From assembly GCF_036321535.1 (NCBI RefSeq), contig NC_087437.1:93870001-93934000 (forward strand): a stretch of DNA of 64,000 nucleotides, read 5' to 3'. How positions within the stretch are numbered: position 1 is the first letter of the stretch; every line of letters starts with the position of its first letter. The position numbers and the translations under genes were made by a program. This document shows positions 37,661-51,400 of this stretch, in pieces. Origin of the DNA: Camelus dromedarius. Its lineage: Eukaryota. Under the pieces are notes generated by a model, which was not told where the DNA came from, did not search any database, and saw only the letters and a program-made list of their open reading frames with translations.

Positions 37661-39449
37661 TTCTATGTGTTTACTTTTTAAAATATTCATATTATTTTTA
37701 AACTATTCCCCATATGTCATACCGTATTTTACAACATGTTGACACTAAACTTGTCTGAACTTTATATTCTAGTACTAAGCGTATTGTCTTATCTTATGAA
37801 ATTAGTACAATAAGTGCCTTTGAATTATTTTTGTTTTATAGCTTCGACTTAAAGTATTGCTGTTTGTTACTTTCTCCCACTTGTACCTGCTCCAGACCTA
37901 AGGTTCATGAGAACTTTAAAACCAAATAATGTTATCCTAAATAAAAATTAAAAGTTTTAGGAAACCCTGGGATATCTGAGGGGTAAAACGCCATGGGGTT
38001 TCATATAAATACAGGCTACAAAGTATTATTTATTCAATTTGAATAGTTTGAAGTGAAATTCAACAAATTCATTAAAAATATTGTTCTGACTTTTTGCCAG
38101 AAATGTTTAATCACTTACACCAGTGTATAAATATGGTCATATCATGGCAGATGTATTTGTAAGAAGACTTTAATAATATAAAACTTCAAATTTTGTCACT
38201 AAAAAGTGTGAGACTATAGAAGGAAATCACACATTTTCATACAGGAAAGATAATATGGAATGCAGTATAAATTTTAATAGCTTAATTTATTAAAAGTTTC
38301 ATCAGGAAATTCAGAGATTTTTTGTCTTCATTTAGGAAGTCAAAAGTGCTTAAATTAATTTGTTCTCACACACAATCTAAGAAAATCCTTTGGATTTCGA
38401 TTAAATCAGACCTCAGACAAAGTTATATTGATACCTTTGAGGGAGAAGAGCCTTAAGACAGGCTTCATTTTTCGTATCTGCTTTGCTTTCCTAATCATTT
38501 ATTTGTCCTACTGAAATACATACATATTCAGAAATCTGAAATGTGTTTGTTTCCTGCAGCCTTTATTTTCAGAGGCAAAATATTCATGAGAACCTAGGAC
38601 AAAATACTCTCAGGGCATTTTAAATTGATAGTACTTAGAGTAACTTTGCGATAACATCATTGCATTATTCAAAGGAACTTCTTGTTTTTAACTGAGAAGC
38701 TAAAAGTGAATTTAAACATATGTATAAAATGACTCCTTGTGAAGCTTACGAGTAAAAATTAATGATGATCTTTGACTATTGAAGACCCCCTTAACATTTA
38801 AAAACCAAATGCCAAATAATCAAACAGCTTACCAAGATAATTTGAACATGGAATGAGTGTCTTTTATCAAGTAAAAATTGTGGCTTTTGGCCTAGTTACT
38901 GACTAAAATATGTAATGGTCAGAATTCAGTTATTCTAACACATCAGAAAATAAGCCTAGCAACGTGTGATTCATAATACCTTCCACAAATGACATTGTAG
39001 AATTATTAATACAAAAAGCAAGAGATATTGATCGGTTTGCCTATTAGTTGAATTCCCTGATTTATTTACCCTGATCTTATTTGGCCAAAAAGAAACATAT
39101 GAGAGATCTGTGGTTAAAATAAAAGTGAGGATGACTCTACAGAAAAATCTTATCACTTCAGGCAGTGACTTGTGATAATTTGTTAAAGATGAAGAAGTAG
39201 AAAAAAGTTGCTTTAAGGGTTTTGAGATTTCATAGAAACTGATGGTTTTTTCTTAACAAATGGCTTTGGGCAATGAACTGTAAAAAATTGCTATCTGTTA
39301 ATCCACAGATAATTATTTTGCACACAATCATGCACTGATATCCAAAAATATTATTAACACTTCTGGGATTTCTATCATCACAACCTCAATAAAAATGATG
39401 TGTTCACAGCTTAATTTTCTATCCTGTTGTGAGTTAAATATTGGATCTT

Positions 39450-39632
39450 AATGTTGTTCATTAGCTGTCCCAAGCCTTAGCAGGGACTGATGCTGGGCAT
39501 CCCTTCGTGTGCTTATTGGCCATCTCTGTGTGTCTTCTTCGGAGAAGTGTCTATCAAGTCCTTTGTCCATTTTTTTAATCGGGTTGTTTTTGTCATTCTT
39601 GAGCTGTAGGAGTTCTTTATACATGGGATATG
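39450..39632 (-). mobile_element. L1M ORF2 3' fragment
   Basis: GTGCTTATTGGCCATCT..TCTTCTTCGGAGAAGTGTCTATCAAGTCCTTTG. Confidence 0.8.
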
Positions 39633-39778
39633 CAAAGTATTGAAAAACAAAAAGGAAGAATACAGAAGCAAAAATAGAAAAAGGAATAATAAAAGAAAAC
39701 TTTCTTTTCCACAGAGAATAAAATGCTTCCATTCAAACAAAATCAGAAACCACTGTCTATAAAAACCTGATGCTGGTA

Positions 39779-40272
39779 CAGGCACACTTCATTTTATTGC
39801 ACTTTGCTTTATTGCTCTCCACAAATACTGCATTTTTTACAAATTGAAGGTTTATGGCAAGTATACGAGTGCCGTTTTTCCCAGTAGTGTTTGCTCGCTT
39901 CATGTCCCTGTAACACGTTTTGGTTATTCTCACAACATCTCAATCTTTTTAACAAATATAATTATCATTGTATTTGTTATGGTGATCTGTGGTCAGTGAT
40001 CTTGGATGTCACTATTGAAAAAGATTACCAGTCACTGAAGGCTTAAATAATGGTTAGTGCTTTTTTTTTTTTTTAACAATAAAGTATCTTTTTGAATTAA
40101 GGTATTACATTGTTTTTAGACATAATGCTATTGTGCGCTTAATAGACTACACCATAGTATAAATATCAGTTTATGTGCACTAGGAAACCAAAAAAATTGT
40201 GTAATTCACTTTATTGTGATATTCACTTTATTGCAGTGGTCTGGGATCCAAAATATCTCTGAAGTATGCCTA
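39779..40272 (+). mobile_element. Tigger1-derived non-autonomous DNA transposon
   Basis: TA flanks on both sides. TIR CAGGCACACTTC / GAAGTATGCCTA. ACAAATTGAAGGTTTATGGCAA motif. Confidence 0.9.
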
Positions 40273-43200
40273 TACTATAAAAGGGAAGTTATTTCTTAAA
40301 AACAAGACTTCTAAAAGCTATTAAAATCAGTAACCACTTCCGATAAATACATACTGCATGGTGAAAATATGGATTTACTGAGTGGGTGTTCATAGAATTT
40401 CCCCAGCCACTGGATTAATTTCTAAAAAGTTAACCCATAGTCAAGAAAGAAAAAGCCACTCTGATTTACAGTTACCAAAATAAGCCGTAATTGAGGCTAT
40501 GCACATCTCTTATTCAGTAAGTAGTGGAATTCCTGAGGAAGTTGAATGTGTTTTTATTCTTTATCCATATCATCTGGCACAGCACATCTGAAATGGAGTA
40601 GATGCTCGGTAAACTTTTATAGAGAAAGGGGTTGAAAATTGGTTAGAAATTCTGCAGCTAAAGATTTGAAAAAAATACAGCTGAAAAAGCTTATGTAGAA
40701 AATGTCTATTTTTTTTTAAGTAGCTGAATACCTGGAGTTAAGTGTATTTTGAAGACTAATTTATTCTTAAAACCCACTAATTAGACCATTGTAATAAATG
40801 GTAAAGTGAAAAAAAGAAAGACAGTGCCCCTCCCAAAATTCAACATTAATATATTTTGTTAGTAATTATTTCTTTATGCCTGAAAAACATATAGAAAAAC
40901 ACCTAGATACATAATGTCTACAATCTTGCACTGTTGAGAATTAGGACCTCTGTCATGTCATATTTGGCCTGTAATAGCAGAGTGTTTTTTTTTCTTTCTT
41001 TATTTCCTTCTTCTTTTTGACATATTTGTGTACTTGCTCTTTAATGTATGGAGTATCTTATTTCATCTTGTCACTGATATTTTCCTATGCCTTTTCGCTA
41101 GAAGACAAAATGGCCTTTATGAGGATGATAATCAACACATTTGGGATCCAAATATTGATTAAGTAAAAATAATTATATCAAAATATGCAGCCACTTCCTT
41201 TGGTGCTAAGGAAAAATCAGTTCATCATTATAAATGGTAACATTTAGGGATGTCTTTTTATCTGTCTGTTTTTACTGATATCTGATGGTTATGAATTATT
41301 AAATATAAGATGCATAAAATATACACTGTGTTTCTTTTTACTCTTTACAATGATTATTTCTGACAATATTATTTAGCAACTAAAAATCAGCATTAATTGG
41401 AAATGTCAAATGCCAGGTGGATTCTGACTGCCCATCTCCTGTTACTGTCACTGTTTTCATTTCTAAATCAAGATTTACCTGTCAGTTTGCATTCAAGATA
41501 CATTAGCATTCATATTGGCATTTGAGATGCTCCTTGAAGCATTCACTGTTATCTCTCCACACTCTCTCCTGCTTTTACAACTAAAAGGTTTGCTGATCTG
41601 GGGGTACTTTGAGTCTAACGCACTGTGTTATGAATTTCCCCTTGACTGTTATTGAATCAAATTACTTCATGTATCTTAGATAGTTAGAATACATTTTTCA
41701 GAATAAATATTCTCACCTATACAATGAATAGCATTGTAAACTTAAAGACAAACAAGGATAAAGTGCCTTGTTAAATCTTAAGTGAATGTCTTTTTATGCA
41801 TTTCCTTTTTTTCTCCAATTTTATGTGAATAACAACCCTACACCACTAAAAATGTCATATTCAAGAGTATTAACCCTGATCAAAAAGTGCTTATTCTGTC
41901 ACAGAGGCAAGCATAAAATATTACTACACGTATAGGAAATTCTATTAGGAGCTACTGTGTGTAATTGGTAATGAAACATTCCAAGAAGCGATGCCTAATT
42001 TGATTTGAAAAGGTTAGAAAAAACTTCACAGAGGAGGTGACAGCTAAGGCTTTGAAAACAGAAGCGCAAGTTTGACTAGACTACAAGACACTGGAGGTTA
42101 GGAATGCCAGAATCTAATGGCCATTGTGGAGTTTGGGAGTTACGGAGTTACAAAAATGTATAGTGTATTTTTGGAATTACAAGCAACTCCACTCAACTTG
42201 ATTGTCAACTCTTTTGTGTAGCTTTCCCTGCTTCATTCAGTTAGAATAAATCTTTCTTCTGAGTATCCTCTTGTCACTTTTCATGTGGTACAGTTTGATT
42301 TCTGCCTTATAATTATCTAGGGAAAGTGTTTGTTGAAGACAGAGATTAAGGTAACTAAGTTTAAAAATTATAAATTCATAAAATAATTACTTAGAATTAT
42401 AAAACAGAAGGAAACAAATAAAACCTCTGTTTAGATCAGTGATATCACTGAATAAAATGAAGTTCTTCTCTAATTATCTTAGTGCAAATTAATTAATTTA
42501 AATTAAGAATATAGGATAATATAATATTCTTAATTTAAAAGATGCACATATAATTAAAATTTTTATTGCTGTAACAAGTCACACAAAATGTATGTGGTAG
42601 TAATTCTTTCTGATTCCCACCAGATGTGGGAGTACCGATTTTTAAATAAATTTTCCATCCTTTCGAATATCACATCTACCTTTTCCTTATAAAATTCTTT
42701 TGTTGTGGGAGAGAGAGAATAATCTGTGACTCAATGCACTAATATTGAAAAGGTCAGATTTCTTTCCATGAAAACGTTCAGTCAATGTGTTCTTTGTTCC
42801 TCAGATTCTTCTGAGCAACAATTAATCCAATTAAACCGACTCTAAAGCTGTGAATTGTCATAGATCATAACCTTTCAAAGTGCCTTTGTATTCTTCCTCA
42901 AATCTACCTTAGTTAGCATATTTTAATGGTAGCACACAAAGGAATATTACCAAGTATTCTCGGTGTTGGTGTTCAAAAATGCTGTGCGCCTGCCAATTGC
43001 ATTATAAAGAGATTAGGAGCAGTGGTATTTCAAGACAGACAGACATGAGCACAATGAATCACATACGAAAGACCAAGAATGATAGGGATAAATACACTAA
43101 GTGACATACTAACCTTAAACATTTACCATGTTGGCATCGCAGTTCACCTTTATCTCATCAGTTATATTCATAATGAAACGAATATTGAGTGGGAAAACCT

Positions 43201-43784
43201 AAATGCTATTTAATTAATGTAAAGGTGAGGGAGGAATAGACTAAGTTTTTCACATTCATAATGGTAAATTTCCATTAGTGGATTGCTTTGCCCTGATAGA
43301 TGCCATTTCGTTCACAGTCTCGAATAATGAAAAATCATCTTTAGTTAGGATTCATTTTGCTTCATTAAATATACTGCTAGAATATCCTGAAATAACTAGA
43401 GTTCAGAATAAGACTGAAATAATGTAAATACAGTGTTATTGCTTCAAAGCCAATAGCATTTTCAAACTATTATTTGCAACAAAAGTTTATACAGAAATTA
43501 CATTTCTGCAATTTTTTGGTTGTAAAATGTTATACACCTGTAAACTTTCTAACTGAACTTATTTTTTTTTCTAATCTCATAAATAATAATCCAATGCTAC
43601 AGAAGTTTTGGGAAAGTAAAAAGAAATGATTTTTTCATGATTTTTAAGTAAAACTAAAACTGTAGATCTGTAGTTGGCCACATTTTACATATGCTGGTAT
43701 GTTTTGAGAAACAAAGTTAAAAAAAAAAAAAACTTTTGACAATGCAAAGGAAACCAAGTAGGGGTGTCAGATTTACTTAATCAT

Positions 43785-43960
43785 ACCCTTGTGCAGTGAG
43801 AAATCCACATATAACTTTACGGTCGCCCCTCTGTATCTGCTCATCCAAGGGTTCAACCAACTGTGGGGTGTGGTACCATAGTACATATTTAGTGAACAAA
43901 ATCTGTGGGCATGTAAGTGGTCCCTCACATTTCCAACCCATGTTGTTCAAAGGTCAGCTG
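43785..43960 (+). mobile_element. MER8/Tigger2-derived MITE (5' part missing)
   Basis: Ends AACCCATGTTGTTCAAAGGTCAGCTG followed by TA. Confidence 0.8.
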
Positions 43961-43962
43961 TA

Positions 43963-44670
43963 CTTGGAATAGAGTCGTTTGAGGTGCAGTTATTTAAGAC
44001 GGAGTCATACTGGAGAAGGGTAGAAAAGGAGAAGAAATGCAAAGACAGACACACAAAGGTAGAACATCACGTGGTGTCAGAGCAGAGACAGCTACTGCAG
44101 CCGCAAGCCAAGGAATACCAAAGATACCCGGCAGACCCCAGAGGCCAGGAAGAGGCAACACTGCAGGTCCCTGTCCACACCTTGATTTCATCCTTCAGGA
44201 CTCCAGAACTCTGACAGAATAAATTTCTGTTGTTTTATGTAATAACTCAGTTTGTGGTACTTTGTTGTGGTAGCTGCACTGTTGAAATTTTGTGTCCCTC
44301 CCCCGAAAGTCATATGCTGAAACCTAACCCCCAGGGGGATGGTGTTAGGATATGGGGCCTTCTGGGAATGATTAGTTCATGAGGGCAGATTCCTCATGAA
44401 TGGGATCAGTGACCTTATAAAAGTGGCCTGAGAAACCTTCCTTGCCGCATCTGTCAGGTAAGGTTACATCAAAAAGACTGCTATCTGTGAACCAAGAAGT
44501 GTGCCCTCAACAGACATAGAACTCAACCATGTTGGTGCCCTAATCTTGAATTTCCAGCTTCTAGAATATGAGAGACACATTTGTCATTTGTTTACAAGCT
44601 ACCCAGGCTATGGTATTTTGTTTTAGCAGCCTGAATGGACTAAGGCACTAGCTTCAGGAAACTAATGTAA
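43963..44670 (+). mobile_element. MLT1B/C-like LTR interrupted by an MLT1A-like LTR (44275-44647)
   Basis: AAGCCAAGGAATACCAA..AGAATAAATTTCTGTTG. Inner LTR TG..CA with flanks GTAGC/CTAGC. Outer end resumes at CAGGAAACTAAT. Confidence 0.85.
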
Positions 44671-44681
44671 AGGTAATCTGT

Positions 44682-44780
44682 TTTAGTAAATAAAATGTAC
44701 AGGATGCCCATTTAAATTTGAATTTTAAGGAAACAATGCATATGTTTTAAGTATAAGTACACCCCAAGTATTGCATGCGT
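44682..44780. mobile_element. MER53-like hAT fragment
   Basis: ACAGGATGCCCATTTAAATTTGAATTT..AAGTATAAGTAC..AGTATTGCATG. Confidence 0.65.
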
Positions 44781-45012
44781 ATGGCAGCCTTATTGATAGA
44801 ACAGACTAAGACTAAGACTAAACACGCCTGTAGATAGTGTGATAAGATTTTCTGAGGAATCTTGATGTCTGAAGATCAATAATGTAAGAAAGCAAAAGTG
44901 TGTTCAATTTTCCTTTCCAAGTCCCCCCTAGCATCCCATTAAGAAATAATGAAACAATAACTCAAATTCTTTATTGACATGTTACGCAGCACTTATCACA
45001 GATCTTAAAGTA

Positions 45013-45453
45013 TAGGCATACCTCGGAGATGTGGGTTTGGCTCCATACCACTGCATTAAAAGTGAGTCACACAGTTCTCTTGGTTTCCCAGTGCATATAA
45101 AGTTCTTTTTACCCTATACTGTAGTCTGTTAAGGGTGAAATAGCATTATGTCTAAAAAAAAAGTACATGCATTAATTAAAAAGTGGTTTATTGCTAAAAA
45201 ATGCGGTCATCTGAACCTTCAGCAAGTCATAATTTTTTGCAATAGTAACATCCAAGGTCACAGATCACTGTAACATATATATGATAATAATGCAGAAGTT
45301 ATCATATTGCAAGAATTACCAAAATGTGACACAGAGACATGAACTGAGCAAATGCTGTTGGAAAAATAGCATGGATAGACTTGCTCAAAGCAGGGTGGCC
45401 ACAAACCTTCAATTAAAAAAAAACAATGCAGTATCTTCAAATGAGTATGCCTG
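45013..45453 (-). mobile_element. Tigger1-derived DNA transposon
   Basis: TA + TAGGCATACCTCGGAGAT ... GAGTATGCCTG. Reverse-complement homolog of 39779-40272. Confidence 0.88.
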
Positions 45454-48400
45454 AAAAGTTAACTAAGGGACCACCAACATCAGTAAGATCATAAATAACA
45501 TTGACTTGGAGGAAAATGAAGATAATTTGCAAACAAATTGAATAATTATGAACAACAAAGCTAAATTTATTTAAAATATAATTAATTTGAGAATAAGAGA
45601 ACTTTGAATCTCTAGCCATTAAAGACAGTTGAAAATGGCAGCCTCCCAAGGTGCCCTTAGTTAGACAGGGAAAGTAAAAGAGATGGTTTCATGGAACGTC
45701 AGTGAGAGGTATTGCTCATCACCTCCGTACTTTTTCAGGGCTCCTATGTAAATGTCTAGGAAGTCTGAGTTTTACATTTGCCTAGGTGAGAGTTTAACTG
45801 AGAATTAAGAGCCAGACTGCTTGCCACACACAGATGATGGTAAGCAGCTTGAGTCATGATGTGATCAGTTGTTAAGATATACCAAGAACCTCAGAAAGCT
45901 AAGTGCATAGGAGATAAATGTGTGCTTTTAGTCCTAATGATTGCCAAACGCCCGTGCTAGCAGCAGGCACATCAAGGGGAAACTAAACAGTTCTTTTCCT
46001 CTCACATATGAAAGACAGTGCCACTTAAGTGAACCTCCCCAAACCTCCTTGGATGGAAGACACTTGGGCTTCAAGACAGTGAATCATCTATGGAAAGCCA
46101 GGATGGAGTCTTGGTCTGTCCTGCAGCTGTATATTAAGTCATGAATTGACTTGAGGGATTGGATTAAGAAAAACTAGATTGAAGCTCATTCAATTTACTG
46201 AGGTTTTTATTCTAAGCTCTGTACAGGAAAACAGTGTTTCATGTCCACAAAATAAGGTTTACATGTACCACAGTAATTATGTAATAATTTCCAACACATT
46301 AGTTAATAGCTTCAACCCTTAATAGAAAACAATATATCTTACAACCAATGGGAATACGAACCTTTTTTTTTTCCTATAGCATTCTGATATTTCAGAGGAA
46401 TATGCATTTATGTATAATAGAAACTATCAAGAGGCCTACTTTTCAGCTGACTGTTCAGTTCTCTTTCTACTGTCAGTATTTCAATTTTGATCTAAAATTA
46501 ACTTTGTGGTTTACAGGGGGAGGTGCTAGCTTTTGTGTAGTCAAGAATGTGACTTGTCTTTCAAACTGCTTCATCATTCAAGGATTTTTCCTTCTTTAAT
46601 AACTATATAAAAATAGTTTCCTAAGATATTTACTTTATGAAAAAGCTGAATTCTCATTTTCCTTTACTTCTTTTTCCAAAATTAAGCAGACAAATTCTCT
46701 AAAATCACTCTGTTATGGTACTCATTTTTTGATGGAGAAACATCACTTTTTCATTGCTGAATAATCTCTTCTGTACTTTGTGGAAAAGATGCAAATTTTG
46801 TTTGAGATAGCTGAATACTTTTTTTTTTGGCTTAATATTAAATAAATGATTTTTCTGCTTTCTTGAAAGTCTTAATTGCAATACTAATGAAGTTGCTGTT
46901 TAAGGTTTACTATATTACCTTGTGGCTTCACACACTGGATAACATGTAGTTGTCTCTGGTGGCCAAATATCCATCTTTCCAAAACAAATCTAATAACACT
47001 TTAACAATATATTCTTCTCCCTATTTTGGGACACTGAATGAACACTAATTGAAGTAAATTTAAGAAAATAATCACATTTAGTACTTAATCACTCTTATGC
47101 CTTGAAACATAGAATATAAAACAAAGCAGCAACATTTTCTAATTATATATGTAATTTAGAAACATAATCAACTTAAATATTAATAACATTTTTCCTATAG
47201 AAGATATTTTTCAGTGCTACATATATCCAAATCGATTTTAATTGCCTCTCATACAATTGTAGAAAATACTTTGTGGTTTCAGAAATACTCAAATTTTTTT
47301 CTCTGAGAAATATTTGTTTTATGTCTGTGTTATGTGCTATCTTAGATAAATTGACAAAGTTCTAATAAATATTTCAATCTTAGCATTACTCAGCTTCCAT
47401 TGGAAATAGATTTTAATTTTCCCCAGTTATTACAGAAGTGCGTATTAATGATAAAATACTACTTTAAATATACATGAGCCCTTTCATTCATAGTTTTATT
47501 TATTCTTAAATTTCTATTTCATTTCTATACAATGTCCATCATTAACTGACCTTTACATGGATGTGAGTATCTATGTTGCTTTTATAGGAAACTATACGGA
47601 TAGCCCACTACATAGTATAATTATACCCTATATCACTTATTTTGTACTGAAAGTAATTTTTCTAATCAAACTGCTTTCCTACTATAACAAAAAAAATCTA
47701 AGAAACATTTATAAACTATTTTCTTTCATAAATTAAAAATGTTTTGTTCTGTTGACTTAATAAAGTCAAGGAGAAAAGTCAAACAAAATTTATTTTATAG
47801 AAAAAGTACAAAACTCTGAACTTTTAGATACAAAAGATATTTCAATATAAACAGTATACAAATGAGAAGTTAGAAGAACATAATGGGTCACCAATCATTC
47901 AATATACATGGAAATTAAATAAAGGTTCAGGTTCAGTGATGAATATTACATTTCCTCCCCACCCAAGAAAAACTAGTTTTGCTTTCATTCTATGCTTATC
48001 TGCTATAGTGTAAGAGGCACTCATCATTTTGTAACTTAGTGCTGTAAACATATATACACGTCAAATGTAAGGCAGGAACACACCTAACTTCAATTATGTT
48101 GAACGTTTTCTTGACTGAATTCTTGAAATAAAAAATAAAGTAACTCAAGGCATTGTCAGATAACGTTTAAGCTCTTGAATTTACATGGAGATGATTTAGT
48201 TATTGGTCTTGGGAATGTATAGTCCATGCAAAGTACTGAGTGATATGTATAAAGTAAACTGTCAGGCAAGTTGAAACAGATAATTTAGCATGGTGACAGT
48301 ATTTGTAAATGCAGAGCTTTGTGTGTGATGCTTTTGTCATGCATATGTCCGATGCTGTTGTGGGGCACATGAACATGATTGGTGAGCCAGCCATGTCCCC

Positions 48401-51400
48401 TGTGTTTGGAGAGCAGCGAAGCATGACAACCCATGTGCTATCTTAGCCCTTTTCTGTTATCCTTGATGTCAGCATCTAATAGAATCTCTGGTTTCTACCA
48501 TTCCCCTGCAATAAAGCTGAATGGTTATGATGTCTTTCCAGTTTTCCATTAAACAATTCTGTAGGAACTTGACTTGACTTTTATTAACCCCAAAGTTCTC
48601 TTCGTTTGTTTAGTTTTCCCAAACTGTATCCAACTTTCAAAATTCAGTGAAATTGATGGCACACAGTCCTATACAATACATTTCTTTGTAAGATCCCCTT
48701 AAAAGCTTCAGCACTTAAGGAAAATCAATAGCATTTGATGTGGGTTTGTGGCTTTCAGTCTCTTGAACACTAAATTCAACTTGATCCATTGCTGTTAGTA
48801 GCTTAGCGTTGCCGTGCAGCCATCTAGAAAGGTGAGGGTCTTTGGCCCATCATCTGCCGTAGATTCACTCATGTTGACAAAATCAGTGAATGTTAAACTT
48901 ATATATTTCTTTTACAAATAAATGATAAATGTAAAAATAATGTTCTATTCCATGTAACCACAAAATCTTCAGGTGGCCAGATGGTTGTGATGTGTCATTA
49001 AATACTTTATTGTCAGAGTTTCGTTTGGATGTAAGTGGAATTTAAACAAACCTGGACAGACATGGTAACTGTGTGTCATGGGCCAAACCATTAGTATATT
49101 TTATGGAAACTGAGGAGGACCCTCCTGAAAGCAAAATCAAGTTGCATCTCAGAACAGACATTGCTGGACATATTCTAAAGAAGTCAATTGGTGTGGGACC
49201 AAGAAGTTGTCAACTATAAAAATCATTCATTCTAAGGGAAGAAAAACCCAGAAATGATTACCATACTTCATAAATGGAACCCTTAGCATTTTTCTCCCCA
49301 GAGGGTAGTAAAACTTCTATGTAAAATGTATTGAACACATGCCTAGACTCTAAAGAGAGAGGTTTATTTTCAGGAAATTGGCACAAAAACTCAATTTCAC
49401 CTCATGTTCTCAATGTTATGAAAGAAATTAAAGCAAGGAACTGACGTCTAAATAGTATTGTTGTCTATTCATCTGATTTTGATCCACTACAATAATAACT
49501 TTAGGAGGAGATTTCCTTAGAAGAAAAACCTGTATTATTGTCAAAGCCACTGTTGTTTAAGAAGCTGTAAGTTGCACAGATATTCACTGAGAGCAACACT
49601 GCTTTGGGCTTCTTTTAGCTGGTATTTCTATGAAGGGCAGGGTGATGGTCTGTCCAAGTTCACCACTGACTATCTAAGCTCTCTGAGAACCCAGCCCGCA
49701 AGTTTCCATACCCAGAAGAATTGATGGAGAGGTATGGCCATGCAGAACAGAAGCAGGACCCAGCAGAAGAATGTTGGTTCCTCATCCCCCGGAGAACAGC
49801 AGAAATTATGAATGGTCACATATTACTCCTGGGGTAAAATATATAAACACTACAAAATCTAATCATGTGAACATACAGAAAGTACTACAAATTTAGTACT
49901 TTATTTATGTAACGGAAAACTTCACAACTACTAACATACAATGAAGTAGCTCTATAAATGTGTCCGAGACAACTTGGTGGCTTGAGAAAAGTCATTGGTT
50001 TGACTGAACATTGAGATGTCAATGTCAAAGTGCTGCCATTTGTATCAAAATTTTCTGAAGTCTGGGGAAGTCAAGTTATACATTCAAACTATTTTTTATC
50101 CTCTCTGACTTTTAGTTTTTAGGTGGCCATGTTATGTTTGGGGCTTTGGAAGAATGCTAATGTTGTATTTAGAAAAAGACAAACGTAAAAAGATGCAGAG
50201 ACCAAAATAATAATTCACAATGTATGCTGTGACATGAGAAACCATACAAATGAGGCTATTATATACTGTTGCCATAAACCTTGAAATTATAAAATAATAA
50301 AAATACATCTGTCAAGATCGTTTTAATTTTAAGACAACTTTTATGAAATGCAATCTTGGCGGTGATAAATATATGAAGAATTAGTAATTAGTGTTACGTG
50401 ATTTAGGTTTTGAAAGCCATAATTCAAAATGTTTGGCAAAGTCATTAATTCATTAATTCATTTGCTGGACAATATTTTAGCAAAATAAATAGTTTTCGTT
50501 GAACAGTTTCAAATGTTTGATAAATATATCGTTTAATGGATTTAGAAGTGTGAGTTTTTAAGAATTTATTTCTAATTTTAAAAGAAATTAACTTTTAATA
50601 GGACTTTCATTATCAAATTTTCTTAACATGAGCTATATTAAAAGTATAGACTCAATGAATGTTATAGCAAAAATAAGACTAAGTAACATGTACTATAGCC
50701 CCAAGGCTTGCATTGCAATTTACATTGATTGATGTGTAATTCATTTAATCTTTATCACGGCAATCATGAAATAAAGGTAATACAGATGGAATTCTGGATT
50801 CTCAACCTTTTTTGTGTCTTAGGATGTGTGTCTTTGGGTATCTTGCTGAAATGCTTTGACTGTCAGTAAATTAAGAACAGTAAACTTTTTATGTGCATAT
50901 TAACATGTGTTATATATTATTTATATTAAATATCTGCATAGGCAAATAGATTCACTGAATGTCAACTATGTGTCATTCGAACTTGAAGCTCTTTAGACTT
51001 ACTAACTTATTTAATCCTCACAACAATCCAATAGTATAAGTACAATTTATTCTTTCAATTTATAGATGAGAAACTTAAATTTCAAAAAGATTGCAGAATA
51101 AACAAATGTTCAATTTATTATTTTCAGGAAACAATAGCCCCCAGATTCAATCTCACTTAATTTTTTAAATGTTATGAAGTCATTGAAGCAGGAACTGATT
51201 TCTCAATAATGCCCTCATAGATAAATGATTTTAAAATACTCTGAAAGCATTTTAGGAGTTCATCCCTTAAAAAATAAACCCTAAAACTATTGCCTAAGCT
51301 ATTATTTTTTAATAAACTGTAATTTTCAAAAAATTTACTGAAGACCTAGTAGGAAGGCAGTAGACTATACATTGGAAGAGAAAAAATAAATAACAAATAG

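Noticed and set aside
48309..48446. 45-codon ATG ORF and weak hairpin
   Set aside because: No recognisable protein, and the stem is short and imperfect.
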